Positions 11,163-20,838 of a DNA stretch of 64,000 nt are shown here, piece by piece. The position numbers were made by a program, and so were the translations under genes. The notes under the pieces are model-generated. The model saw nothing but the letters and a program-made list of their open reading frames with translations, did not search any database and was not told the DNA's origin. Source of the stretch: Alphaproteobacteria bacterium (GTDB lineage Bacteria > Pseudomonadota > Alphaproteobacteria > GCA-2731375); the NCBI GenBank assembly GCA_965225945.1, contig CBDDBZ010000037.1, forward strand, positions 224,001-288,000. The letters are read 5' to 3'. The first letter of the stretch is position 1. Every line of letters begins with the position of its first letter.

Positions 11163-13175
11163 ATGCGTGTCGGCGTGGAAGTGGGCGGCACCTTCACCGA
11201 CCTGGTCGCGATTCGTGGCGAGTCCGTGACGGTCGCCAAGGTCGCGAGCACGCCCGCGCGGCCCGACGAGGGCGCGCTTCACGCCTTGGAGGCGGCCGGG
11301 ATCAAGCTGGGCGAGGTCGACGACCTGGTGCACGGCTCCACCGTCGCCACCAACGCGATCCTGGAGCGCAAGGGCGCCGCCACCGCCTTCATCACCACCC
11401 GGGGCTTTCGCGACATTCTGCTTCTGCAGCGCCACGCCCGGCGCAACATCTACGATCTGGCCTACGCCAAACCGGAACCCGTGGTGCGCCGGCGCGACGC
11501 CTTCGAGATCGAGGAGCGGATCGGGCCGGACGGCGAGGTCGTGGTCGCGCTGGACCCCGTGGAGACGGAGCGGCGGCTCACCGAGATCCTGGCCGCCGGC
11601 GAGTATCGGGCCGTCGCCGTTTGCTTTCTGAATGCCTACGCCAACCCGGTCCACGAGCGAGCGGTCGCCCGGTTGCTCGCCAAGCTCGCGCCCGAGCTCG
11701 CCGTCACCTGCAGCCACGACGTGAGCGGTGAGTTTCGCGAATACGAGCGGGCCTCGACCACCGCGCTCGCGGCCTATGTGCAGCCGGTGATCGAGGGCTA
11801 TCTCTCCCGCTTCGAGGCGAGCCTGGGGGCGCGCGATTTCGCCGGGCGCTTCAGCGTCATGCAGTCGAACGGCGGCCGGCTGCCGGCCGCCGCGATGGGG
11901 CGGAACGCGATCACCTCGCTCTATTCCGGCCCGGCGGCCGGTGTCGTCGGCGCGGTGCGCCAGGCCGGCCTCTCGGGCTACCGCGACCTCATCACCCTCG
12001 ACATGGGCGGCACCAGCACCGATGTGTGCCTGGTCGCCGACGCCACGCCCGCGATCTCCGGCGAGACCGAGGTCGACGGTCTGGCGATCCGAACGCCCGT
12101 GCTCGATATCACCACCGTGGGCGCCGGCGGCGGCTCGATCATCTGGGTCGACGACGGCGGCATGCTCCGGGCGGGGCCGAATTCGGCGGGCGCCGAGCCG
12201 GGTCCGGCCTGCTACGGCAAGGGAGGTGCTGAAGCGACCGTCACCGATGCCCATCTCGCCCGGGGCACGATCCGAGCCGAGGCCCGTCTCGGCGGTCATC
12301 TGAAGTTGGTGGCGGCGGCCGCGACGGCAGCCCTCGCACCGCTCGCGCGAAGCTTCGAGCTTAGCGTCGAGGCCTTCGCGGCGGACGCGATCCGGGTGGC
12401 CGACGCCAATATCGTGCGCGCCATCCAGCTCGTCTCGACGGAGCGCGGGCGCGATCCGCGCGATTATGCCCTGGTGCCGTTCGGCGGCGCCGGGCCGCTC
12501 CATGCCGCCGCCGTGGCGGCGGAGCTCGACATCGCGACCGTCGTCGTGCCGCCCAAGGCCGGCGTGCTGTCGGCCTATGGGCTGCTGGCCGCCGACTATG
12601 TCACTTTTGAATCGCGGACGCGGCGGACCGAGGTCGACGATGCCGTCGGTGACTCGGTCCGCCGGGCCTTCGACGATCTAGCCCGGGCCTCGCTCGAGCG
12701 CTTCGGCGCGCTCGGCGTCGAGGGCGAGGTCCGCCACGCCTATTCGCTGGAGATGCGCTACGTCGGCCAGGCTTTCGAAGTGCCCGTGCCGTTGACGGCG
12801 GCGGAGCTGAACGAACTCGATTTCGACGCGCTGATGGCGCATTTCGACGCCGCGCACCACCGGGTGTTCGAGTTCGGCGGCGCCGCTGGCTTGGCCCGCG
12901 CCGAGATCGTTTCTTTCCGGCTGGGCTCGGCGGTGGCGCCCGAAACCTTGCCGGCCTTGCGCGAGCCGGGGGAGGCGGGCGCCGCCGGCGAGGTAGAGAT
13001 CTTCGAAGCCGGCGCGTGGCGCGCCGCCGCGCTCTGGTCGCGGGCCGCACTGCCGCGGCGAACCACGCTTCCCGGGCCGCTGCTGATCGAGGATGTGACC
13101 AGCACGATCCACGTTCCCGACGGCTGGCGGGCCCGGGTCGACGATTGTGATAACCTGGTGATGACACGGGCTTGA
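11163..13175 (+). CDS. Hydantoinase/oxoprolinase subunit A family (N-methylhydantoinase A-like)
   Basis: GGTFTD, HGSTVATN, SGPAAG, DMGGTSTDV and PGPACYG motifs. Confidence 0.93.
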   Translation: MRVGVEVGGTFTDLVAIRGESVTVAKVASTPARPDEGALHALEAAGIKLGEVDDLVHGSTVATNAILERKGAATAFITTRGFRDILLLQRHARRNIYDLAYAKPEPVVRRRDAFEIEERIGPDGEVVVALDPVETERRLTEILAAGEYRAVAVCFLNAYANPVHERAVARLLAKLAPELAVTCSHDVSGEFREYERASTTALAAYVQPVIEGYLSRFEASLGARDFAGRFSVMQSNGGRLPAAAMGRNAITSLYSGPAAGVVGAVRQAGLSGYRDLITLDMGGTSTDVCLVADATPAISGETEVDGLAIRTPVLDITTVGAGGGSIIWVDDGGMLRAGPNSAGAEPGPACYGKGGAEATVTDAHLARGTIRAEARLGGHLKLVAAAATAALAPLARSFELSVEAFAADAIRVADANIVRAIQLVSTERGRDPRDYALVPFGGAGPLHAAAVAAELDIATVVVPPKAGVLSAYGLLAADYVTFESRTRRTEVDDAVGDSVRRAFDDLARASLERFGALGVEGEVRHAYSLEMRYVGQAFEVPVPLTAAELNELDFDALMAHFDAAHHRVFEFGGAAGLARAEIVSFRLGSAVAPETLPALREPGEAGAAGEVEIFEAGAWRAAALWSRAALPRRTTLPGPLLIEDVTSTIHVPDGWRARVDDCDNLVMTRA

Positions 13176-13200
13176 TGACCCGGGCATAGGGAGCTTCGCC

Positions 13201-14856
13201 ATGCGCGTTGAGGCGGTCGACCAAGCGGTGATCTCGCAGGCCCTGGTGGCGGCGGCCCGCGAGATGGGGGTGAAGCTCGTCCGCTCCGCCTATTCGCCCG
13301 TGGTGCGCGAGGCGAACGACTGTTCCGCGGCCCTGCTCGACACCCAGGGCAACGTCGTCGCCCAGGCCGAGCTGATCCCGATGCAGTTGGGGCCGATCGG
13401 CACCACCTTCCGCCCTTGCGCCGAGCTCTATCCGCCGGAGGATTTGCAAGAGGGCGACTTCTACATCAACAACGATCCTTATAACGGCGGCCAGCACGTG
13501 CCGGACGTCTTCCTGTTCTCACCCGTCTTCCACGAGGGCGGGCTGGTCGCTTTCGGCGCCACCGTATCGCACCACCTCGATCTCGGCGGCGGCGCGCCCG
13601 GCCTCAACCCGGAGGCGACGGACGTGCATCAGGAGGGGATCATCTTCCCGCCGAGCCGCTACAACCTGGCGCGCGACTGGAACGGCGGCCCCTTCGAGCG
13701 GCTGGTGCGCGCCAACATCCGCGTGCCGGAGCAGACCATCGGCGACTTCAACGCCCAATTCGCCGCCAACGCCATGGGCGCCAAGCGGGTGCGAGAGCTC
13801 TGCCGCCGCTTCGGGCCCGAGACGGTGATGGCGGCGATGGCCGCACTTCTGGACTATTCCGAGCGCCGCATGCGCCAGGCGATCCGCGAAGCGCCGGACG
13901 GCGTCTACCAAGGCGAGGACGCGCTCGACGACGACGGCCTCTCCGAGGAGCCGCTCATCGTTCGCGCCACGGTGACGATTCGGGGCGAGGCGGTCGAGGT
14001 CGACTTCGCCGGCACCTGCGCGCAAGTCCGCACCAACATCAACTGCCCCTTCGCCTCGACCATCGCGGCGGCGCTCAGTTGCGTGAAATCGGTGCTGACC
14101 AGCCCCGACATTCCCTTCAACGAGGGCTCCAAACGGCCGATCACGGTGAAGGCGCCCTATGGCAGCCTGCTCAATCCCCGCCCGCCCGCCCCGGTCAGGG
14201 CGCGGATGCTGTCGGGCTACCGGGCCTTCAACGCGGTGATGAAGGCGTTGGCCCGGGCGGTGCCGGAGCGCGTCATCGCGGCCGGCTTCGACACGACCGA
14301 GGTCGCCTGCCTCTCTCGATTGGGGGCCGACGGCTATCGGATCTATCTCGAGATCCTCGGCGGCGGCTACGGCGCCAGCGCCGGGCGCGACGGCTGCGAC
14401 GCGGTCGACAGCCCGCTCTCCAACTGCTCCAACGTGCCGATCGAGGCGTTGGACATGGAGTATCCGTTCTTCCGGGTGGAGGAATACAGCCTCCGCGAAG
14501 GTTCGGGCGGCGTGGGGCGACGGCGCGGCGGGCTGGGGTTTTGCCGGAAGTACCGGGTGCTGGCGGACGAGGTGAATTTCGCGACCTATTCCGACCGTTT
14601 TCGGATCGCGCCCGAGGGTCTGTACGGCGGCGCTCCGGGCGAGTGCGCGCGGAGCTATGTGATGCGCGACGGCAAACGGATCGAGCTCGCCTCCAAGCAG
14701 AGCTTCAAGTTGGAGCGCGGTGACTTGTTGGTGCTGTTGACGGGCGGCGGCGCCGGCTACGGCCCGGTGGCCGAGCGCGGCGAGGCCGACCATGCGCGGG
14801 ACCTGGAGGATGGGCTGATGGCGCCGGATACTGCGCCGGCACGGGCGGCGGAGTAG
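13201..14856 (+). CDS. Hydantoinase/oxoprolinase subunit B family
   Basis: SAYSPVVRE, NDPYNGGQHVPD, HHLDLGG and terminal TGGGAGYG motifs. Confidence 0.93.
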   Translation: MRVEAVDQAVISQALVAAAREMGVKLVRSAYSPVVREANDCSAALLDTQGNVVAQAELIPMQLGPIGTTFRPCAELYPPEDLQEGDFYINNDPYNGGQHVPDVFLFSPVFHEGGLVAFGATVSHHLDLGGGAPGLNPEATDVHQEGIIFPPSRYNLARDWNGGPFERLVRANIRVPEQTIGDFNAQFAANAMGAKRVRELCRRFGPETVMAAMAALLDYSERRMRQAIREAPDGVYQGEDALDDDGLSEEPLIVRATVTIRGEAVEVDFAGTCAQVRTNINCPFASTIAAALSCVKSVLTSPDIPFNEGSKRPITVKAPYGSLLNPRPPAPVRARMLSGYRAFNAVMKALARAVPERVIAAGFDTTEVACLSRLGADGYRIYLEILGGGYGASAGRDGCDAVDSPLSNCSNVPIEALDMEYPFFRVEEYSLREGSGGVGRRRGGLGFCRKYRVLADEVNFATYSDRFRIAPEGLYGGAPGECARSYVMRDGKRIELASKQSFKLERGDLLVLLTGGGAGYGPVAERGEADHARDLEDGLMAPDTAPARAAE

Positions 14857-15195
14857 GCCGCCATGGTGAGAGGCTGAAGCGATCGAGCGCCGGGGGCGCC
14901 CTGGGATTGGCCGGCCGGACCCGGCTCGAGGTGCCGTCGGCGGAACTTTGGCTCGGACAGTCGGAGAAAGCCGAAAATGGGAAACTATCCCCCATTTTTC
15001 CCCAGATATCCCAGATGTCGGAGGCCGCCGAAGTGGACACGCTTGCAACCACGAAGGTGCACCGGGGCGTCTCACAGAATTGTGAATTGCCGCGCAAAGG
15101 GACTTACTCCATTATTTATCCTCCCAGCCGTTCTTTCCAGAATCTTTACGAGACAGAGGACTTTAAATCGAGGGGCGGCGGATAGGTAAGGCAAG

Positions 15196-15746
15196 ATGAA
15201 TACGATGCATCGTCTGGCTAATCTTGGTGCGGTGCTTGCCCTTGTCTTTGCATTTGCTGTCTTGACGCCGAATGCCAACGCGGACGGTGGCGACGGCGGT
15301 GGCGGCGGTGGCGGGATAGCGGCGATAGCGGCGATAGAACCGTTGGAGGGGAAAATTCCGGGAGCCGCGAATGGCGCGTAGCGAAAGAGGCCATCGCCGC
15401 CAAGGACTATGCCCAGGCGGTGCCGCTTTTGAAGCAAGTCGTCGCCAAGCAACCGACACACGCCGATGCATTGAACTATCTCGGCTACGCCCACTCCCGC
15501 ACCGGCCAATACGAAGTAGCGCTCGATTATTATTGCCAGGCATTGGCATCGGTACCAGACCATGCCGGCGCCAACGAATACCTCGGCGAGCTGTACCTCA
15601 AGATGGGTAACCTTGCCGCCGCGGAAGGCCGCCTTGAGGTTTTAGACAAGACCTGTTTCGTCGAATGTCCCGAGTTTGACGATTTGAAATTTGAGATCGA
15701 ACGTTACCGCAAGAACGGTGGCTATCCGGGCGAAAAGCACCGCTAA
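15196..15746 (+). pseudogene. Secreted TPR-repeat protein with a 1-nt frameshift near 15315
   Basis: Signal peptide and poly-Gly in one frame. DSGDSGD...KDYAQAVPLL...ADALNYLGY...YLGELY (TPR) continues in the shifted frame. Confidence 0.75.
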
Positions 15747-15811
15747 TTATCATATTTCAACAAGAAATCCGAACCGCGCCCTTCGCGCGTCGTTGACAGC
15801 CCCCTCGATCC

Positions 15812-15906
15812 GGGCGACCCCACAACCCATGAGATGAAGGGCGGAACACGGTCACGACCGAGCAGACCGCCGTCCCTGCGACGACGCCGCCGTGGCGCGC
15901 CATGCC
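15812..15906 (+). repeat. Repeat family B, copy A (right hairpin arm plus downstream flank)
   Basis: GATGAAGGGCGGAACACGGTCACGACCGAGC...GGCGCGCCATG matches 17442-17513. Confidence 0.75.
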
Positions 15907-16161
15907 CTCAAAACCCGGGGACTGTCGCCCGAACCGCGCAGGATCCGTGCGGGGGGTAACCCGTGTCCCTACCGCGATCGGATTTCCCGGCGCCGGTCCA
16001 CGAGACCGCCTTCACGGTCTGCCCACGTCCATCATCCTCGACGTTGCCGTCGATGGCGCAATGGGCTAGCCTGATGGCCCAAACCGACGGTCGTCTGGGC
16101 AATGTCGGTTCCCTGCGGCCCGCCCCCGCGTCGTGGAAATGCCGGGTTGCCGGCGACCAGG

Positions 16162-17304
16162 ATGGAAAGCGTGAGCCAAACCGAATTCCCACCGTTGTCC
16201 GAAGTCCGCAAGAACCTGCGGGTCGGCTGGTACCGATGCCCCATCGCGCCGGAAAAGCTCCGGGAGCTCTCCAGGCGCAGCGACCTGCGGGGAGGGTTCC
16301 AGGCGATCGGCCATCTGGCGCTTTGGGCCGCGACGGGCGTGGCCGCCTATGGCTTCTTCACACAGCAGATGTGGTGGGGCTTCTTTGTGGCGCTGTTCCT
16401 GCACGGCACCGTCGCCACCTTCTTTTCCGCGCCCCATCACGAGCTTTGCCACGGAACGGTGTTCCAGACGAAGTGGCTCAACGGCTTCTTCCTGCGGATC
16501 TACTCCCTGCTCGGCTGGTACAATTTCCACGTCTACAAATTCAGCCACAGCTACCACCACCGTTTCACGCTCTACCTGCAAGGAGACCGCGAGGTCGTGC
16601 TGCCGAAAACGCCTTCGCTGGATTTGCTCTATTTGCTGCAGCTGTTTAGCGTCAATTTGACCGGCGGTTTCGAATCGCGGGGTGTCGTTCCCACGGTCAA
16701 GAACTTCATCAAGATAGCCTCGAACCGGCTCGACACGCCCTTCAACGAATGGGGCGAGGAGCTCTACGAAGGCCAGACGGACGAGCGGATGAAGGCGGTC
16801 CGCTGGGCTCGCTCAGTGCTGCTCTTCCATATGGTCGTGATCGCCGGCTCGATCGCGATGGGTGAGCCGATAGTGGCCGTTCTCCTTTCCGGGCACGTCT
16901 TCATCGCCAACTGGCTGAGGTACTTCGTCGGCGCGCCGATGCATTGCGGCCTCAGGAGCAACGTCCCCGACTTCCGGAAGTCGGTGCGTACCATCACCCT
17001 CGATCCCCTTTCGCAATTCCTCTACTGGCACATGAACTGGCATCTGGAGCACCACATGTACGCGGGCGTGCCCTGCTACAACCTCCAGAAGCTGTACGAC
17101 GCCGTCCGGGACGATATGCCGAAGCCGAGGACCCTGATCGGTGCCTGGCGCGAAATGCGGGAGACCTCGGCAAGGCAGCGGGATGACCCGGACCACGCCT
17201 TCGATACGCCGGTCCCGCCGTCGCCCGCGGCCGAGTCGTCGAGAGGCGGCGATCCGCTCGCGGCCTCCATCGGCGATCTCGCGCCAAAAGCGCTGGCGTC
17301 GTAA
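16162..17304 (+). CDS. Fatty acid desaturase-family membrane di-iron enzyme
   Basis: His boxes HHELCH, HSYHH and HLEHH with hydrophobic spans. Confidence 0.9.
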   Translation: MESVSQTEFPPLSEVRKNLRVGWYRCPIAPEKLRELSRRSDLRGGFQAIGHLALWAATGVAAYGFFTQQMWWGFFVALFLHGTVATFFSAPHHELCHGTVFQTKWLNGFFLRIYSLLGWYNFHVYKFSHSYHHRFTLYLQGDREVVLPKTPSLDLLYLLQLFSVNLTGGFESRGVVPTVKNFIKIASNRLDTPFNEWGEELYEGQTDERMKAVRWARSVLLFHMVVIAGSIAMGEPIVAVLLSGHVFIANWLRYFVGAPMHCGLRSNVPDFRKSVRTITLDPLSQFLYWHMNWHLEHHMYAGVPCYNLQKLYDAVRDDMPKPRTLIGAWREMRETSARQRDDPDHAFDTPVPPSPAAESSRGGDPLAASIGDLAPKALAS

Positions 17305-17327
17305 CCCGACCGATCGAGCGAGATCAC

Positions 17328-17513
17328 CAGATTTCGGGGGGCCAGTTGACCGTTTCCTCGACGCCGGGCATCGAGGCCACGCCAAACGCACCGAGAGCCA
17401 GAAGGCGCCCTTGATCCCGTGGGTTGAGGGAGCCACTTGGGGATGAAGGGCGGACCACGGTCACGACCGAGCGGACCGCCTTCCCCGCGACGACGACGCC
17501 ATGGCGCGCCATG
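17328..17513 (+). repeat. Repeat family B, copy B (both flanks plus hairpin)
   Basis: Shares its upstream flank with 20340-20475 and its downstream flank with 15833-15904. Central CGCCCTT(G)ATCCC...GGGATGAAGGGCG hairpin. Confidence 0.8.
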
Positions 17514-17579
17514 GCCGCCACGATGCGACCGCGCGCTCGGATCGTGCTCTAATTCCGCTAACCTGTCGGGAGAGACCGC

Positions 17580-18171
17580 GCGCCCATGGCTCAATTGGAT
17601 AGAGCAGGGGCGGTGGTATGGCGCGGGGTTCGGCGCTACCAGTGTCAAGAACTGCGGCAGATAGCCTTCGAGCGGTACCGGCTCGGGCGCACCTTCAACG
17701 AATGGCTGGCGTTCGGGGCGTCGCTCGAAGGGGGATACGGTGAAGGCCTCGGCGGCGCGCTGCGACGTGGCGGTGAGCACGGCGGTCCGCTGGGTCACTC
17801 GTTTCTCAGGAGCGATTCGGAGGTGCTTCCATATGGATCGTGGAAGCGGCCGGACCTACGTCCTGGAGAGCCGGAAGGGCGCGATGCGGGCTGAGCCGCA
17901 TAGGCACGGCGGCGCGGCAAGGCGAAGAAGCGCGGCCTCTCGCGCGGGCAGGTACCGTCTCTCATGGCGGCGGACCGGAACGGAACGCTCAGCGCGGTGC
18001 TGTCAGGGTCGATGCGGCGCGCGACGGCATTGCGACCCGGCCTCGAAGGACGCCTGCGTCCCCGACGGCTTGGTGCGGACCGAGTGCGCCGGCGCTCGGG
18101 GTGAGCCACGAAGCACTCAACCGCTCGGACTTCGAATCCGAAGGTTGCAGGTTCGAGTCCTGCTGGGCGCG
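17580..18171 (+). tRNA. tRNA-Arg (anticodon TCG), split into 17580-17606 and 18125-18171
   Basis: The joined halves give a complete cloverleaf: GCGCCCA TG GCTC AATTGGATA GAGC A | TCGGA CT TCG AA TCCGA AGGTT GCAGG TTCGAGT CCTGC TGGGCGC G. CCA is not encoded. Confidence 0.88.
17607..18124 (+). pseudogene. Degenerate internal copy of the adjacent IS1595 transposase, inside the tRNA
   Basis: Colinear with ~18417-18989 but with many small indels; no IS ends. Confidence 0.85.
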
Positions 18172-18183
18172 CACATAATTTTT

Positions 18184-19208
18184 GGCTCAATTCGTGAATT
18201 GTATGCATTAGTGATAGAGTGCCTGGAACGTCAGGAGGTTGGGTTATGGACGGCAAGGGTTTCCAGGTGTGGCTTTCGGCGGCGCGCGGGCTGACGCGCG
18301 CGCAGCGGCGCGAGGCGCTCGCGGTGCTGTCGGGCCGGAGCGAGGGCGAGGCATCGAAGGCCGCGATCGAGCTTGGTGTGGACGAGGCCCGGCGCTGTCC
18401 GCACTGCGCGAGCGAAGGGGCGGTTTCGCGCGGTATGGCGCGGGGTCTGCGGCGCTACCAGTGCAAGGGCTGCGGCAGGACCTTCAACGCGCTGAGCGGT
18501 ACGCCGCTGTCGGGCTTGCACCACAAGGAACGCTGGCTGTCGTTCGGGGCGTCGCTGGCGAAGGGGGAGACGGTGAAGGCGTCGGCGGCGCGCTGCGACG
18601 TGGCGGTGAGCACGGCGTTCCGCTGGCGTCACCGGTTTCTGGCGGCGGCGCGGAGCGATTCGGAGGTGCTCAAGGGGATCGTGGAAGCGGACGAGACCTA
18701 CGTCCTGGAGAGCCGGAAGGGCGCGCGCGGGCTGGGGCGCAAGGCACGGCGGCGGGGCGGCAAGGCGAAGAAGCGCGGCCTCTCGCGCGAGCAGGTACCG
18801 GTTCTCATGGCGGCGGACCGGAGCGGAACGACGGTCAGCGCGGTGCTGCCCAGGGTCGATGCGGCGGCGCTCACGGCTGCCCTCGACCCGGTGGTCGCGA
18901 AGGACGCCCTGCTGGTCTCCGACGGCGGCGCGAGCTACCCACCGTGCGCCGCCGCGCTCGGGGTGAGCCACGAAGCACTCAACCGCTCGATGGGGGAACG
19001 GGTTCGGGGCGATCTGCATGTGCAGACGGTGAACAGCCGCCACAGCCGGTTGAAGGACTTCCTGCGTCCCCGCCGCGGCATCGCCACCCGCTATCTGGAC
19101 AACTACCTGAGCTGGTTCCACCTCGTCGGCCTCGCCCCCGGCGCCAATGACCGAGCCTGCCTCGCCGCCGCCGTAACAAGGTGACGCATACAATTCACGA
19201 ATTGAGCC
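18184..19208 (+). mobile_element. IS1595-family element
   Basis: IR GGCTCAATTCGTGAATTGTATGC at both ends; 8-bp TSD TAATTTTT at 18176-18183 and 19209-19216. Confidence 0.95.
18246..19184 (+). CDS. IS1595 transposase
   Basis: CPHC...CKGC zinc ribbon; VEADETY, LVSDG and QTVNSRHSRLK motifs. Confidence 0.92.
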   Translation: MDGKGFQVWLSAARGLTRAQRREALAVLSGRSEGEASKAAIELGVDEARRCPHCASEGAVSRGMARGLRRYQCKGCGRTFNALSGTPLSGLHHKERWLSFGASLAKGETVKASAARCDVAVSTAFRWRHRFLAAARSDSEVLKGIVEADETYVLESRKGARGLGRKARRRGGKAKKRGLSREQVPVLMAADRSGTTVSAVLPRVDAAALTAALDPVVAKDALLVSDGGASYPPCAAALGVSHEALNRSMGERVRGDLHVQTVNSRHSRLKDFLRPRRGIATRYLDNYLSWFHLVGLAPGANDRACLAAAVTR

Positions 19209-19254
19209 TAATTTTTTGCCCGCCGCCAAGCGCCAACCCGGCGTGCGAAAGGGT

Positions 19255-19316
19255 AAAAAGGGGTCATTGTACTTTATTCGGCCGAACGGACCAATAAAGT
19301 ACAATGACCCCTTTTT
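19255..19316. repeat. Repeat family A palindrome (24-bp perfect IR), probable bidirectional terminator or REP-like element
   Basis: AAAAAGGGGTCATTGTACTTTATT-N14-AATAAAGTACAATGACCCCTTTTT; related copies at 57356-57557. Confidence 0.88.
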
Positions 19317-19356
19317 CGGGGGGGTGCGAGGCCGGCACCCTGGCCGCTGCCTGGCC

Positions 19357-20235
19357 TCAGTCCTCGAACAGCTTGTAGATCACCGGGGCGTAATAGCGGC
19401 CGAGGCCGCGCTCGGCGGCTTGGCGCAGGCGGCTTTGCGCCAGCTTGGCGCCTTCGGCCTCGACGCCGAGCTTCTCGGCCAGATCGATGGCATAGCCGAT
19501 GTCCTTCAGCGAATAGGTCGTCGGGAACTGGTCGTCGGGAAATTCGCCCGTGGTCATGTGGCTGCCGTGCTTGCGCATGACGAAGCTGTCGGCCGAGCCC
19601 AGCGAGAGGATCTCGAAGACCTTGGCGCGCGCGACCCCGGCGCGCGTCGCGATCGCCATCGCCTCGGCGATCGCCGAGACGTTCTCGAAGACCACCATGT
19701 TGTTCATCAGCTTCATGACTTGGCCGGTGCCGACGTCGCCGCAATGCGAGATCTCGCTGCCCATGCATTCGAGCAACGGCGTGATCCGCGCCAGCACATT
19801 CTCGGCGGCGCCGACCATGATGGCGAGCGTGCCGTTCTCGGCCGCCGGGACGCCCCGGGCCACCGGCGCATCGGCGAAGTCGACGCCCTTGGCGGCCAGC
19901 GCCGAGGCGACCTCGCGGTTGATCTCGACCGTCGCCGTGGTCATGTCGATTATGGTCTGGCCGGCCCGCGCCGCCGCCACCAGCCCCCCCTCGCCGAACG
20001 CCAGCGCGCGCACCTCGGGCTCGCCGGGCACGCAGATGAAGATCATCTCGGCGCCCTCGACCACTTCGGCGATGCTGCCGGCGGCCGCGACGCCCTCATT
20101 CGAGAGCGCGACCGCCTTGGCGCCGTCGATGTCATAGCCGATCACCCGCCTGGCCGACTTTCGCGCCAGATTGCGGCACATCCGCCCGCCCATGACCCCC
20201 AGGCCGATGAAGCCCAGCCGTTCGATCTCGCGCAT
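19357..20235 (-). CDS. NAD(P)-dependent beta-hydroxyacid dehydrogenase (3-hydroxyisobutyrate / tartronate-semialdehyde reductase family)
   Basis: GFIGLGVMG, DAPVARG and GQVMKLMNN motifs. Confidence 0.92.
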   Translation of the reverse strand: MREIERLGFIGLGVMGGRMCRNLARKSARRVIGYDIDGAKAVALSNEGVAAAGSIAEVVEGAEMIFICVPGEPEVRALAFGEGGLVAAARAGQTIIDMTTATVEINREVASALAAKGVDFADAPVARGVPAAENGTLAIMVGAAENVLARITPLLECMGSEISHCGDVGTGQVMKLMNNMVVFENVSAIAEAMAIATRAGVARAKVFEILSLGSADSFVMRKHGSHMTTGEFPDDQFPTTYSLKDIGYAIDLAEKLGVEAEGAKLAQSRLRQAAERGLGRYYAPVIYKLFED

Positions 20236-20339
20236 CACATGCTCCCTTACGGGTTGCTCCGATCCGGGTTCGACCCTCGGCGCCGAGGCTACCACCTGGC
20301 CGAGACATTCCCCAGACGATCGCCGGTTCCGACCATGAT

Positions 20340-20475
20340 CAGATTTCGGCGGACCGTTTTCACCCCACCTCGACGCCGGGCATCGAGGCCACGCCAAACG
20401 CACCGAGAGCCACGAGGCGCCCTTCATCCCGTGGGTTGTGGGGGCGACCTGGGGATGACGGGCGGAACCCGGTCT
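20340..20475 (+). repeat. Repeat family B, copy C (upstream flank plus hairpin)
   Basis: CCTCGACGCCGGGCATCGAGGCCACGCCAAACGCACCGAGAGCCA is identical to 17356-17400. Confidence 0.8.
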
Positions 20476-20599
20476 GGGCGAGGATGGTGGCGCGGGCGCG
20501 CGTCGGTTCGAACCCGGCGAATTGGATCCTGGCGCGCTTCGGCGCCGATGGCGACGCGGCGGTCCGCGCCGATCGTCGTTTCGTGGCCGGCGGGATCAA

Positions 20600-20823
20600 G
20601 GCGCCGGGCCCGTGGGACGCGCTCGCCGGTCGTCTCGGAGGCCGTGGTGGCGATCACTACGCGGATGCTGGCCGAGGCGCGGAAGCCCAACGTCGGACGG
20701 GCGGAGGCGCATCGCCGTGCCATGGGGGCCTTGATCGACGACAAGGACCGTCCCCACTTCGCCCACCCCATGTTCTGGGCCCTCTTTGTCGGGGTCGGTG
20801 AAGGGGGGTTGGCGGGGCAATGA
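20600..20823 (+). pseudogene. C-terminal remnant of a CHAT-domain protein
   Basis: RAEAHRRAMGALI...FAHPMFWALFVGVGEG resembles the CHAT C-terminal HPxxWAxF motif; no intact 5' part. Confidence 0.6.
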
Positions 20824-20838
20824 ATGACGGCTTCTGGG

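Noticed and set aside
9431-11731. Long antisense or alternate-frame ORFs (e.g. 9431..11731, 13519..15075, 19216..20823, 48989..50755)
   Set aside because: Arg/Gly/Ala-rich shadows of real genes, expected at high GC.
14977-15016. TGGG repeats at ~10-bp spacing resembling MraZ boxes
   Set aside because: No mraZ or dcw genes nearby, and the spacing is irregular.
17607-18124. Group I intron in tRNA-Arg
   Set aside because: The insert is recognisably transposase-derived and lies before the anticodon stem, not in the anticodon loop.
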